A stretch of DNA of 32,189 nt from Candidatus Limnocylindria bacterium (GTDB lineage Bacteria; Chloroflexota; Limnocylindria; P2-11E). Location of the stretch: assembly GCA_035281485.1 (NCBI GenBank), contig DATEDV010000277.1, forward strand, positions 1 to 32,189, written 5' to 3'. The notes beneath the pieces are model-generated. The model was not told the DNA's origin. It saw nothing but the letters and a program-made list of their open reading frames with translations, and made no database searches. Position numbers and translations under genes: made by a program. This document shows, piece after piece, positions 1 through 8,356 of this stretch (positions are counted from its first letter, which is position 1; the number at the start of each line of letters is the position of its first letter).

Positions 1-54
1 CGCGACCGCGACGAGCGCGGCCGGCAGCAGCGGCGCCAGAAGCAGAGAGCTCAC
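1..54 (-). CDS. Possible 5' end of a ComEC-like membrane protein (partial, runs off the window)
   Basis: GTG at 54-52 lies 7 nt downstream of the comEA stop, with GGGAG 3 nt upstream. It opens 18 hydrophobic codons (VSSLLLAPLLPAALVAVA). The comEA-comEC order is common. The fragment is too short to verify. Confidence 0.25.
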   Translation of the reverse strand, partial: MSSLLLAPLLPAALVAVA

Positions 55-61
55 GCGCTCC

Positions 62-610
62 CTAGCGCGTGGTCACGAGATCGCGGATGTCGGCGAAGAC
101 ACGAGCGCTGAGGAGGCCCCTGGTCTGTAGCTCCTCCACCCTGGTGAAGGCCTTCGCCTCACGTGCGCGGACGATGCGCGCCGCCGTGCTCGGTCCGATG
201 CCGGGCAGCGCCTCGAGCTCGGCCGCCGTGGCTCGGTTGATGTCGATCTTCAGCTCCGCGCCGCCGCCGATGCTTCCCGCGGGTGGGATCTCGCCATGAC
301 GCGGCACGTACACGCGCGCGCCGTCGCGCACGTGCGCGGCCCTATTGAGGGCGGCGGGGTCCGCGTCGGGTGTGAGACCTCCTGCCGCGGCGATGGCGTC
401 GCCGACGCGCGCGCCCGCAGCGAGGTGGACGACGCCGGGTCGGGCCACCGCACCGCCGACGTCCACGACGATAGGCGGCAACGGCGTCGGCTCCGGAGTC
501 GCGTCGACGATCTCGATCGGTACCGGCGGAGCCGCGCGTGCGCGCACGACCAGCACGAGCGCACCCGCGGCGACGGCGAGGATGACGGCGAGGACGAGCG
601 GTCTGGGCAT
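62..610 (-). CDS. comEA: ComEA-type DNA-binding competence protein (membrane anchor, SLBB-like segment, tandem helix-hairpin-helix)
   Basis: 182-aa ORF with an N-terminal hydrophobic anchor (LVLAVILAVAAGALVLVV). It has an SLBB-like segment (VVDVGGAVARPGVV...VYVP) and a C-terminal HhH motif (INRATAAELEALPGIGPSTAARIV). Confidence 0.85.
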   Translation of the reverse strand: MPRPLVLAVILAVAAGALVLVVRARAAPPVPIEIVDATPEPTPLPPIVVDVGGAVARPGVVHLAAGARVGDAIAAAGGLTPDADPAALNRAAHVRDGARVYVPRHGEIPPAGSIGGGAELKIDINRATAAELEALPGIGPSTAARIVRAREAKAFTRVEELQTRGLLSARVFADIRDLVTTR

Positions 611-720
611 GTCGGAAGCGTGGCGACATCGCGGCGCCGTGGGAAGCCCTTGGAGCTACCGCCGGCGTCACACGTTCATGCGACAGAGCGTGCGAAGAAG
701 AGGGACCACACCTGCGTCGC

Positions 721-1128
721 CTAGTTCGCGCGCCGGCGCTCTCCGGGCGGCTGCATCTGCACGATGGACACCGGCAGGCTGCCGACGGCCTCGCCGTCGA
801 CGGTCAGCTCGAAGCGGTGCGTGCCGTACGTCGTAAAGCTCATGTTGTTGAGCTCGACGATGACGTTCACGTCCTGGCCGGCGACGGCGTGCACGCTGAT
901 CTCCGGCGGATTCGGCATCGACTGCTGACCGTCGGGGCGAAGCAGACGAACGATCACGTTATGGGCGCCGACGTCGAGGCCGAGGATCGCGACCAGGAAC
1001 ATCCGCGGGTGCTGCGCGGGGAGTCCGCTGACGCTGATGTTGCGGAAGATGCCCATGAGGCTCACTTTGCCGTCCTGCCCCACCAGCGCGTGATCGCAGA
1101 GCGCGCCCAGCCTGATCTCACCGCTCAT
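721..1128 (-). CDS. Hypothetical 135-aa protein, translationally coupled to leuS
   Basis: The ATG (1128-1126) overlaps the leuS TGA (1127-1125) as ATGA. Composition is non-repetitive and beta-rich looking (LCDHALVGQDGKVSLMGIF..., FELTVDGEAVGSLPVSIV). I recognise no family by eye. Confidence 0.6.
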   Translation of the reverse strand: MSGEIRLGALCDHALVGQDGKVSLMGIFRNISVSGLPAQHPRMFLVAILGLDVGAHNVIVRLLRPDGQQSMPNPPEISVHAVAGQDVNVIVELNNMSFTTYGTHRFELTVDGEAVGSLPVSIVQMQPPGERRRAN

Positions 1129-3551
1129 GCGGTCACGATACTCACAATGCGGTCGGGCACGACGATCACCTTCGCCGGCCTCGTGCCGTTCAGCACGGCC
1201 TGGATCTTGGGGCTCGCCAGCGCTCTCTGTTGCACCTCGGCGTCCGGCAGTCCGGCCGCCATCACGATGCGGTCGCGGACCTTGCCGTCGACCTGGACGA
1301 CGATCGTCACCTCACGCAGCGCCGCAGCAGCCTCGTCATACGCCGGCCAGCGCTGCTGATGGACCGATCCGGTGCCGCCGCGGCGATGCCACAGCTCTTC
1401 GGTCATGTGCGGCGCGAAGGGCGCCAGCAGCAGGATCAGCGTCGCGACGCCGTCATTGCGCGTGGGACCCGTGGCGTGCTGCAGCGTGTTCGCCAGCTCC
1501 ATCATCGCCGCGACCGCGGTGTTGAAATGCTCGATGCTCAGGTCCTCGGTGACCTTCTTGATCGTCCGCTGGACCGCGCCGTCGACCTCCGCGTCGCGCG
1601 GGCCGGCGGGCTCGGGGTCCGCCAGGCCCAGCTCCCAGACGCGTCGCAGGAACCGATGCACGCCCTCGATGCCCGAGGCGTCCCAGTCGGCCCCGTCCAC
1701 CCACGGGCCCATGAACATCATGAACAGCCGCAGCGTGTCGGCGCCGTACCGTCTCACGTATTCGTCAGGCGTCTGCACGTTGCCGCGCGACTTGGACATC
1801 TTGCGGCCCTTGAAGACGATGGTGCCCTGATAACGGAAGCGCACGACGGGCTCGTCAAACCACAGCTCGCCCAGATCGCGCAACGCCTTGCAGACGAAGC
1901 GCATGTACAGCAGGTGCAGGATCGCGTGCTCGACACCGCCGGTGTACTGCTTCACCGGCAGCCACTTCCGTCCCGCGTCCTTGTCCATGAACGCCGTGTC
2001 GATCTTTGGATCGACGTAGCGGTACATGTACCAGGACGAGTCGACGAAGGTGTCCATCGTGTCCGTGTCGCGGCGCGCCGGCTTGCCACACTTCGGGCAG
2101 CTCGTGTTCACGAAGGAGTCGACGCGCGCCAGGGGCGACCCGCCGCGTCCGGTGAACTCGACGTCGCGCGGCAGCTCCACCGGCAGCTGGTCGTACGGCA
2201 CAGGCACGGCGCCGTCCGTGTCGCAGTGCACGATCGGGATCGGCGTGCCCCAGTAGCGCTGTCGTGAGATCAGCCAGTCGCGCAGCCGATACGTCACCGC
2301 GGCACCGCCGATGCCACGCTTCCTCGCCTCGGCCGCGACCGCGCTCTTCCCCACTTCGCTTCGCGTGCCGGTGAACGCGCCGCTGCGGACCATGACGCCC
2401 TCGCCGACGTACGCCGCGTCCAGTTCCGCGTGCTCCGCACCGTCAGGGCTGATGACCTCGCGGATCTCGAGCCGGTGTTTCTTGGCGAAGTCGAAGTCGC
2501 GCTCGTCGTGGCCGGGCACGGCCATGATGGCGCCGGTGCCGTAGGTCGACAGGACGTAGTCGGCGACCCAGATCGGGATGCGCTCGCCGGTGAAAACGTT
2601 GCGGGCGAACGCGCCGGTGTCGACCCCCGTCTTCTCACGTTCGGTCGAGGTGCGCTCGATCTCGGCCATGTTCCGCGCACGCTCGACGTATTTCTCGACA
2701 TCGGCACGCCGCGGGCCTGCCGTGATCTTCGCGACCAGCGGGTGTTCGGGTGCCACGACCATGAACGTCGCGCCGTAGATCGTGTCCGGGCGCGTGGTGA
2801 AGAAGCGGATCTCCTCGCCGGCATGACCCTCGACCGGGAAGGTGATCTCCGCGCCCTCGGAGCGGCCGATCCAGTTCGTCTGCAGGACGCGCACGCGCTC
2901 CGGCCAATCCAGTCCGTCGAACCTCAGCAGCTCGTCGGCGTACTTCGTGATGCGGTAGAACCACTGCGTCATCTGTCGCTTCACGACGGGCGTATCGCAG
3001 CGCTCGCAGCGACCGGCGATGACCTGTTCGTTCGCCAGCACCGTCTCGTCCCGCGGGCACCAGTTCACCGGCGCGTCACCCCGGTACGCCAGCCCCTTTT
3101 CGTAGAGCTTCAGGAACATCCACTGGTTCCAGCGGTAGTACTCCGGGTAGCACGTGATGACCTCGCGACGCCAATCGATCGCGGTGCCCATGCGCTTGAA
3201 CTGGTCGCGCATGTGGTCCATGTTCTTCTCGGTCCACACGGCGGGATGGATCTTGCGATCGATGGCGGCGTTCTCCGCATTGATGCCGAACGCGTCGAAA
3301 CCCATCGGGAACAGCACGTTGTTGCCGCGCATGCGCATGAATCGAGCCGCCGCATCCGGCGGAGCGAACGCGTACCAGTGACCCACGTGGATGTCGCCCG
3401 ACGGGTACGGGAACATCGTGAGGAAGTAGAAGTTCGGCTTGTCGCTGTCGTCGGGAGTGTCGTGGAGGCCGGAGCGCACCCACTCGTCCTGCCACTTGCC
3501 CTCGATGGTCGCCGGGTCGTACCGGTCGATCCGCTTCTTCGCCACCGCCAT
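1125..3551 (-). CDS. leuS: Leucyl-tRNA synthetase
   Basis: Class I aaRS signatures HIGH (YPSGDIHVGH) and KMSKS (GRKMSKSRGN) plus a typical LeuS N-terminus (MAVAKKRIDRYDPATIEGKWQ). The start is set at ATG 3551-3549 (codon 105 of the 912-aa track ORF), because the upstream 104 codons run through the T-box leader and a tRNA gene. Confidence 0.97.
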   Translation of the reverse strand: MAVAKKRIDRYDPATIEGKWQDEWVRSGLHDTPDDSDKPNFYFLTMFPYPSGDIHVGHWYAFAPPDAAARFMRMRGNNVLFPMGFDAFGINAENAAIDRKIHPAVWTEKNMDHMRDQFKRMGTAIDWRREVITCYPEYYRWNQWMFLKLYEKGLAYRGDAPVNWCPRDETVLANEQVIAGRCERCDTPVVKRQMTQWFYRITKYADELLRFDGLDWPERVRVLQTNWIGRSEGAEITFPVEGHAGEEIRFFTTRPDTIYGATFMVVAPEHPLVAKITAGPRRADVEKYVERARNMAEIERTSTEREKTGVDTGAFARNVFTGERIPIWVADYVLSTYGTGAIMAVPGHDERDFDFAKKHRLEIREVISPDGAEHAELDAAYVGEGVMVRSGAFTGTRSEVGKSAVAAEARKRGIGGAAVTYRLRDWLISRQRYWGTPIPIVHCDTDGAVPVPYDQLPVELPRDVEFTGRGGSPLARVDSFVNTSCPKCGKPARRDTDTMDTFVDSSWYMYRYVDPKIDTAFMDKDAGRKWLPVKQYTGGVEHAILHLLYMRFVCKALRDLGELWFDEPVVRFRYQGTIVFKGRKMSKSRGNVQTPDEYVRRYGADTLRLFMMFMGPWVDGADWDASGIEGVHRFLRRVWELGLADPEPAGPRDAEVDGAVQRTIKKVTEDLSIEHFNTAVAAMMELANTLQHATGPTRNDGVATLILLLAPFAPHMTEELWHRRGGTGSVHQQRWPAYDEAAAALREVTIVVQVDGKVRDRIVMAAGLPDAEVQQRALASPKIQAVLNGTRPAKVIVVPDRIVSIVTA

Positions 3552-3770
3552 CGCGCTCGCCTCCTTTCGCCCTGAAATACAAAACGCCCTCCGCCCCACC
3601 GGCTGTTGCCGGAACGGGGACGGAAGGCGACTTCCGCGGTACCACCCCAGTTGAGAGCCGACCCATCTTTGCCGTGACGGCTGATCGATCAGTACAGCGC
3701 TTCGCGCTGTACCGGCGTCGCTCGTCGTCATCAGGAAGCTGCGGCTTCCTGCCTCCGTCTCGCTAGCCGG
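3552..3770 (-). promoter_or_regulatory. T-box leader (tRNA-sensing transcription attenuator) of leuS
   Basis: The minus strand reads CAACTGGGGTGGTACCGCGG (plus coordinates 3634-3653), the conserved T-box sequence with a UGGU bulge. It is followed by a terminator hairpin and U-tract, then a GAAAGGAGG RBS and the leuS ATG. UGAUGA (K-turn-like) and a 9-bp GAA-capped hairpin lie upstream. Confidence 0.8.
3575..3629 (-). terminator. Intrinsic terminator of the leuS T-box leader
   Basis: On the minus strand, CGCCTTCCGTCCCC (3629-3616) pairs with GGGGCGGAGGGCG (3597-3585). TTTTGTATTT follows (3584-3575). The 5' arm overlaps the sequence that can alternatively pair with the T-box motif (antiterminator). 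Confidence 0.7.
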
Positions 3771-3842
3771 TGGAGCTGGCGGGATTCGAACCCGCGACCC
3801 CCACACTGCCAGTGTGATGCGCTCCCACTGCGCCACAGCCCC
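3771..3842 (-). tRNA. tRNA-Ala (anticodon GGC)
   Basis: The reverse complement folds as a cloverleaf: acceptor GGGGCTG/CAGCTCC with G3:U70, D stem GCGC/GCGC, anticodon stem TCACA/TGTGG with loop CTGGCAG, and T arm GCGGG-TTCGAAT-CCCGC. The discriminator is A. CCA is not fully encoded. Confidence 0.93.
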
Positions 3843-4035
3843 GATCGCTCTCCGCTCGAGCACGGTGATAACGGGTCGTGACCCCGGCGAGCGCTAGGTC
3901 ATGCGATTCACGCTCGCGGCTCCCGGGCGAGTTCCGCGTCCCCGGACACCGGCTCGCACCATCCACCGGCTCTCTGGGTCAGGGGATCCGCGTACTGCTC
4001 CCGATCGCGGCCTGTTGAGAGGAAAGTATAGGCGG

Positions 4036-4557
4036 ATGTACCCGCTCATCCGTATCGACAAACGCATCCCGGACGGCTCGATCTGGCAGACCAGGTGGGG
4101 CTACATGGTGCCGTCCGTCGCCGGATGGCTGCGGGTCTACCAGCCGACGGGTACACGTTGGTCAAATCCGCTCGGCGGCTGGACGGCGAAGGCTCCGGGA
4201 ATCTCGATCTTCCATCCGGAACGTCCCTACGCCATCGCCTGTCATGGCCCGCAGAATGAGAAGCGCTTCTATATCGACGTGGCACACAAGGTCCGGCTCG
4301 CGGACGATGTTCTCGAGTTCGTCGATCTCTTCCTCGACGTGTTGATCGGTCCGGACGGCACGGTCAGCGAGAAGGACGAGCATCAGCTGGTGTTCCTGCC
4401 CGCGGTGGAGCGAAGGTTCGCACGCGCGGCCCGAGACGAGATCAGACGGCTCATCGCCGAAGGGAACGCCCTCTTCGACGTCCGCGGTCCGTACTACTCG
4501 CTGCCCGAAGACGCCGAGGCGCTCCCGCCGTCGACGCGGACGGCCGACCTGATCTAG
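4036..4557 (+). CDS. DUF402-family protein (nucleoside di/triphosphatase-like fold)
   Basis: ATG at 4036 is preceded by GAGAGGAAAG. The motif region (RFYIDVAHKV...LEFVDLFLDVLIGPDGTVSEKDEHQL) is typical of DUF402. The upstream 45 codons of the track ORF lack an RBS and are Arg/Pro-rich. Confidence 0.75.
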   Translation: MYPLIRIDKRIPDGSIWQTRWGYMVPSVAGWLRVYQPTGTRWSNPLGGWTAKAPGISIFHPERPYAIACHGPQNEKRFYIDVAHKVRLADDVLEFVDLFLDVLIGPDGTVSEKDEHQLVFLPAVERRFARAARDEIRRLIAEGNALFDVRGPYYSLPEDAEALPPSTRTADLI

Positions 4558-5717
4558 CCGAACTCCGGTCCGGACCGCCGCATCGATACGGACTGGAGCA
4601 CACCGAGCGCGAAGCAGATCGAGACGAGCGAGCTGCCACCGTGCGAGATGAACGGCAGCGGGATCCCGGTCACCGGCATGAGCGAGATCGCCATACCGAC
4701 GTTCACCATGATCTGGAACACCAGCATCGCGACAACGCCGGAGGCCAAGAGCATGCCGAAGGCATCGCGCGCCCGGAACGCGACGCGGAGCGCGGCCATG
4801 AGGAGCAGGATGAACAGCGCGAAGAGGATGACCGCGCCGACGAAGCCGAGGTCCTCCGCGAGCCCGGCAAAGACGAAGTCGGACTCCGCGATCGGCAGGT
4901 AGCCCAGCGGCGACTGCGTACCCGCGGTGAGGCCCTTCCCGGTCGGCCCGCCCGAACCGACCGCGATGAGCGACTGGATGATGTTCCAGCCCGCTCCCTG
5001 CGGATCGGCGTAGGGGTCCATGAACGCGGTGAGCCGCGCCTGCTGGTAGGGCTTCAGCAGACCCCAGATGAGCGGCGATGCAGCACCGGCGAGGGCGACC
5101 ATCGCGACGAGCTGCCAGATGCGCGCGCCGGCCATGAACGCCATGCCGAAGAAGATCGCGATGAACACCAGGCTGGTGCCGAGGTCGGGCTGGCGGTAGA
5201 CGAGCACGAACGCAGGACCGAGGATCGCGAGCGCGAGGCCGATGGTGATAGGCGAGCCGATCTTGTCCTGGCGATCGGCGAAGAACTTCGCGAGCACGAC
5301 GATCATGAGCACCTTCGCGACCTCGCTGAACTGGAACGAGATGCCGGCGAAGTTCACGGAGCGCTGGGCGCCAAGCGAGGACACACCGATGAACATGACG
5401 ATCGCAAGCAGGCCGAGCGTCAGGAGGTACAGCAGCGGAGCGAACGTACCGAGCCAGGCGTAGTCGAACATCGCGACGGCGACCATGACCGCGAGCCCGA
5501 TGGCGGCCCACAGCGCGCCGCGCAGCACGAACTGCATCGGATCGCCGGCGAGCGTCCTTGACTCCACCGTGACCGCGTACGTCATGACGAGTCCGTACGC
5601 GATGAGGAGGAGGGTCGCGATGAGCAGGTAAGGATCGACTTGGTCGAGCCGTCGTTCCCGAGGGCGGTCGTGGAGCGGCGACGACGACCGACGCATCGCC
5701 ATCGCTTTGACGGTCAT
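4554..5717 (-). CDS. rodA: SEDS-family peptidoglycan glycosyltransferase RodA (FtsW/RodA/SpoVE family)
   Basis: Polytopic membrane protein with typical SEDS segments (PDLGTSLVF, FMDPYADPQGAGWNIIQSLIAVGSGG, ESDFVFA, PLPFISHGGSS). The ATG at 5717-5715 overlaps the mrdA stop as ATGA. It lies directly downstream of PBP2. Confidence 0.9.
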   Translation of the reverse strand: MTVKAMAMRRSSSPLHDRPRERRLDQVDPYLLIATLLLIAYGLVMTYAVTVESRTLAGDPMQFVLRGALWAAIGLAVMVAVAMFDYAWLGTFAPLLYLLTLGLLAIVMFIGVSSLGAQRSVNFAGISFQFSEVAKVLMIVVLAKFFADRQDKIGSPITIGLALAILGPAFVLVYRQPDLGTSLVFIAIFFGMAFMAGARIWQLVAMVALAGAASPLIWGLLKPYQQARLTAFMDPYADPQGAGWNIIQSLIAVGSGGPTGKGLTAGTQSPLGYLPIAESDFVFAGLAEDLGFVGAVILFALFILLLMAALRVAFRARDAFGMLLASGVVAMLVFQIMVNVGMAISLMPVTGIPLPFISHGGSSLVSICFALGVLQSVSMRRSGPEFG

Positions 5718-7588
5718 GGCGTCCCCAGCACGTACTGCTCGAGCACCCGCTGTGTGATCCCGACGGCGGGGTTGAAGCAGTTGTTGCACAGCGACCGGCT
5801 CGAGTCGAACGTGAAGATCACCATCGCGATCTCAGCGCTGGGATCCGTGTTGTCGGCCTTGGGCAGGAACGAGACGAACCAGTTGTGGAAGCCGAGCAGG
5901 TTCCGCCCGGCGCTGTCCTTGCCGGCGGACTGACCGAACTCGGCCGTGCCGGTCTTCCCCGCGATGGGCAGCTTCGCGTTCGGCATGTACGCGTGGCCGA
6001 TGGTGACGACCCGCCGCGCGGACTCGCGGATGAGCGTGAGGTGGTCCGCCGCGATGCTCACCTTGCGCACGACCTTCGGCTGCTGCGTGAACACGACATT
6101 GCCCTTGGTATCCACGACCTCCTTCAGCAGGTGCGGCTGATAGAACGTGCCGCCGTTGGCGACGATCGCGTACGCGTTGAGCAGCTGCAGCGGCGTGACC
6201 GCGACGAAGCCCTGACCGATCGACGCGTGATACGTGTTGCCGATCGTCCACGGCTCGTCGAACGTGCGCAGCTTCCACTCGGGGCTCGGCATGATGCCGG
6301 CGGCCTCGCCGGGCAGATCGATGCCGGTGCGCTGGCCGAACCCGAGCTCGCTCCCGTACTTGTAGATCGCCTCCGGGCCGACTCCACGCTGTCCGGTGTT
6401 CGGATTGCCGCCCCCGAGCGTGTAGAAGTAGATGTCGCTCGAGTGAGCGAAGCCGTTCACGAAATCGACCGCGCCGTGCGCGCGCCAGTCGTAGAAGAGG
6501 TAACCGCCGACGTTCAGGATCATCGAGTTCACGTTGACGACGGTGCCGCGGCTCGCCACGCCCTCGTTCAGCGCCGAGACACCCGTGACCATCTTGAACG
6601 TCGACCCAGGCGGATAGATGTCGCCGATCGCCTTGTTCACGAGCGGACGCCGCGAGTCGCTGTTGAGCTGCTTCATCTGCTCGGGCGTGATGCCGTGGAT
6701 GAACCAGTTGTTGTCGTAGCCGGGGTTCGAGTACATCGCGAGGATCTCGCCGTTCTGCGGGTTCATGGCGATGCCGACGGCCTGAGTGAACTTGTCCTCA
6801 TCGACACCTTTTTTGAGTTCGGCTTCCAGAAGCTTCTGGAGGCGGTCGTCGATGGTGAGCACGACACTGTTGCCCGTCGTCGGCGGTGAGTACGCGAGCT
6901 GCTTGATCTCGCGCTGCGCGGCGTCGCGCTCGATCTCCCGCCACCCGTAGCCGCCGCGCAGGTACTGCTCGTAGACGGATTCCAGTCCGGTGCGGCCGAT
7001 GAGATCCGTCTGCAGGTAGCCCTTCTCGCGCAGCGTCGCGTACTCCTCCTCGGTCACCGGGCCGACGTAGCCCAGCAGCGGCGCGTAGAGGACGGCGTCC
7101 TGGTACGAACGGATCGACTCGGCCTCGACGCGCACGCCGGGGAACATCTCGGCGCGCTCCGACAGCAGTAGCGCGACGTCGCGCGCCACCGGCTTGAGCG
7201 AGATCTTCACCGGCTCGTACGGGTTGCGCACGCGCTGCGCGTCGATGGCCTTCACGACATCCGCGGGCTCGCGCGAGAGCAGCGCGCCAAGGCGCTGCGC
7301 AAGGTCGGGCTGGCGAGACCGCGGCAGATCGACCGGGATGACCGTGACGGCGAAGCCCGGGAGATTCCGGGCGAGGACCTTGCCGTTCCGATCGACGATG
7401 ATCCCCCGCTCTGCTTCGACCGGCAGGCGCAGGACCCGGTTCTGTTCGGCGAGCACGCGGTAGTGGCTGCCGTTCACGACCTGCAGGTCCCAGAGACGCA
7501 CCGTGAGCGCCGTGAAGACGACGACGATCACGAGCGACATCGCGACGAAGCGGCGCGGCCGGGCGAAGTCGCGCGTGGTGGTCCTCAC
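5714..7588 (-). CDS. mrdA: Penicillin-binding protein 2 (elongasome class B transpeptidase)
   Basis: It has an N-terminal TM segment (MSLVIVVVFTALTV) and PBP dimerisation and transpeptidase motifs (STFK in PPGSTFKMV, SSD, KTGTA). The start is proposed at GTG 7588-7586, overlapping the mreD TGA as GTGA. ATG 7540 (MSLV...) is the alternative. The 202 upstream codons of the track ORF are Arg-rich and overlap mreD. Confidence 0.92.
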   Translation of the reverse strand: MRTTTRDFARPRRFVAMSLVIVVVFTALTVRLWDLQVVNGSHYRVLAEQNRVLRLPVEAERGIIVDRNGKVLARNLPGFAVTVIPVDLPRSRQPDLAQRLGALLSREPADVVKAIDAQRVRNPYEPVKISLKPVARDVALLLSERAEMFPGVRVEAESIRSYQDAVLYAPLLGYVGPVTEEEYATLREKGYLQTDLIGRTGLESVYEQYLRGGYGWREIERDAAQREIKQLAYSPPTTGNSVVLTIDDRLQKLLEAELKKGVDEDKFTQAVGIAMNPQNGEILAMYSNPGYDNNWFIHGITPEQMKQLNSDSRRPLVNKAIGDIYPPGSTFKMVTGVSALNEGVASRGTVVNVNSMILNVGGYLFYDWRAHGAVDFVNGFAHSSDIYFYTLGGGNPNTGQRGVGPEAIYKYGSELGFGQRTGIDLPGEAAGIMPSPEWKLRTFDEPWTIGNTYHASIGQGFVAVTPLQLLNAYAIVANGGTFYQPHLLKEVVDTKGNVVFTQQPKVVRKVSIAADHLTLIRESARRVVTIGHAYMPNAKLPIAGKTGTAEFGQSAGKDSAGRNLLGFHNWFVSFLPKADNTDPSAEIAMVIFTFDSSRSLCNNCFNPAVGITQRVLEQYVLGTP

Positions 7589-8088
7589 AGGCCGAAGGAT
7601 GCCTGCTTCTCGGTGCTCTGACGCATCGACCTCGCGATCGGATAGGTAGCGATCGCGAGCACGCCGTTGTACACCGCGCCGGCGGCTGCGCCGCCCGCGA
7701 GAAGCAGGGGCTCGGCGAGTGGCTGGCCGACGGCCGTGAGGATCAGCAGGTACAGGAGGCCGGCTCCGAGCGTCGCGACCCCGACGAGCACCGCGCCGCC
7801 GATGACGGAGCGCGGGCGCAGCGTGCTCTCCCCCAGCCCCACGGCGGCCACCGGGAAGAGCGACGCGAGCGCCATCGCACCGAGCGGTCCACCCGACAGC
7901 AGGTCGGCGGCGAGACCGCCGACGAACGCCCACCAGATCGCTTGGCGTGCACCGCTTGCGACGGACCACGAAGCCGCGACGAGAACAGGGAGATTGGGGC
8001 GAGCCCCCGCGACCGACACGAACGGCACCACCGATCCTTGGAGGAGCGCCGCAGCCAGCGGAACAGCGATAGCGAGCGCGACGCGCAC
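7585..8088 (-). CDS. mreD: Rod shape-determining protein MreD
   Basis: 167-aa polytopic protein with the MreD pattern (GARPNLPVLVAASW...AFVGGLAADLLSG.PLGAMAL). It sits immediately upstream of mrdA-rodA and is translationally coupled to them. Confidence 0.8.
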   Translation of the reverse strand: MRVALAIAVPLAAALLQGSVVPFVSVAGARPNLPVLVAASWSVASGARQAIWWAFVGGLAADLLSGGPLGAMALASLFPVAAVGLGESTLRPRSVIGGAVLVGVATLGAGLLYLLILTAVGQPLAEPLLLAGGAAAGAVYNGVLAIATYPIARSMRQSTEKQASFGL

Positions 8089-8331
8089 GGAGCCCTCCTC
8101 TGGTCGCTGAACGCGCGCGCGGCCGGGACGCTACGCGCACGGCTTCCCCTCGGGAGCGGTCAAAAATGGTAGCGATGGTCGGTTGACCGCGCACTGGGGC
8201 TAGTGCAGGGAGAGTGCACCAGCGCAGGATGAGCAGGAACTGATACAGGACGCCGGGAGGTCGGTTCGGCTACAATTGACGTACGGAAGGCCTCGGTTTC
8301 GTTCCTATTTTTCCCTAGATTCGGCGGCCGA

Positions 8332-8347
8332 TGTTTCACGTGTGACA
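8332..8347. promoter_or_regulatory. parS-like centromere site
   Basis: TGTTTCACGTGTGACA matches the TGTTTCACGTGAAACA consensus at 14 of 16 positions. It ends 9 bp upstream of the parA start. Confidence 0.6.
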
Positions 8348-8356
8348 GGGGGCGCG

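Noticed and set aside
3552-3863. 104-codon N-terminal extension of the leuS ORF in the track
   Set aside because: The extension reads through the T-box leader and the tRNA-Ala gene. A canonical LeuS N-terminus with an RBS starts at 3551.
7589-8194. 202-codon N-terminal extension of the PBP2 ORF
   Set aside because: It is an Arg-rich translation fully overlapping mreD in another frame. The PBP2 membrane anchor begins just after the GTG at 7588.
8089-8331. Possible structured RNA or promoter elements between mreD and parA (GGTCAA...TTGACC inverted repeat, repeated GTGCA/TGCAC motifs, TACAAT at 8270-8275)
   Set aside because: The stems are short and imperfect, and no recognisable motif is present. 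The promoter hexamers have no convincing partners. I could not support a specific call from the sequence alone.
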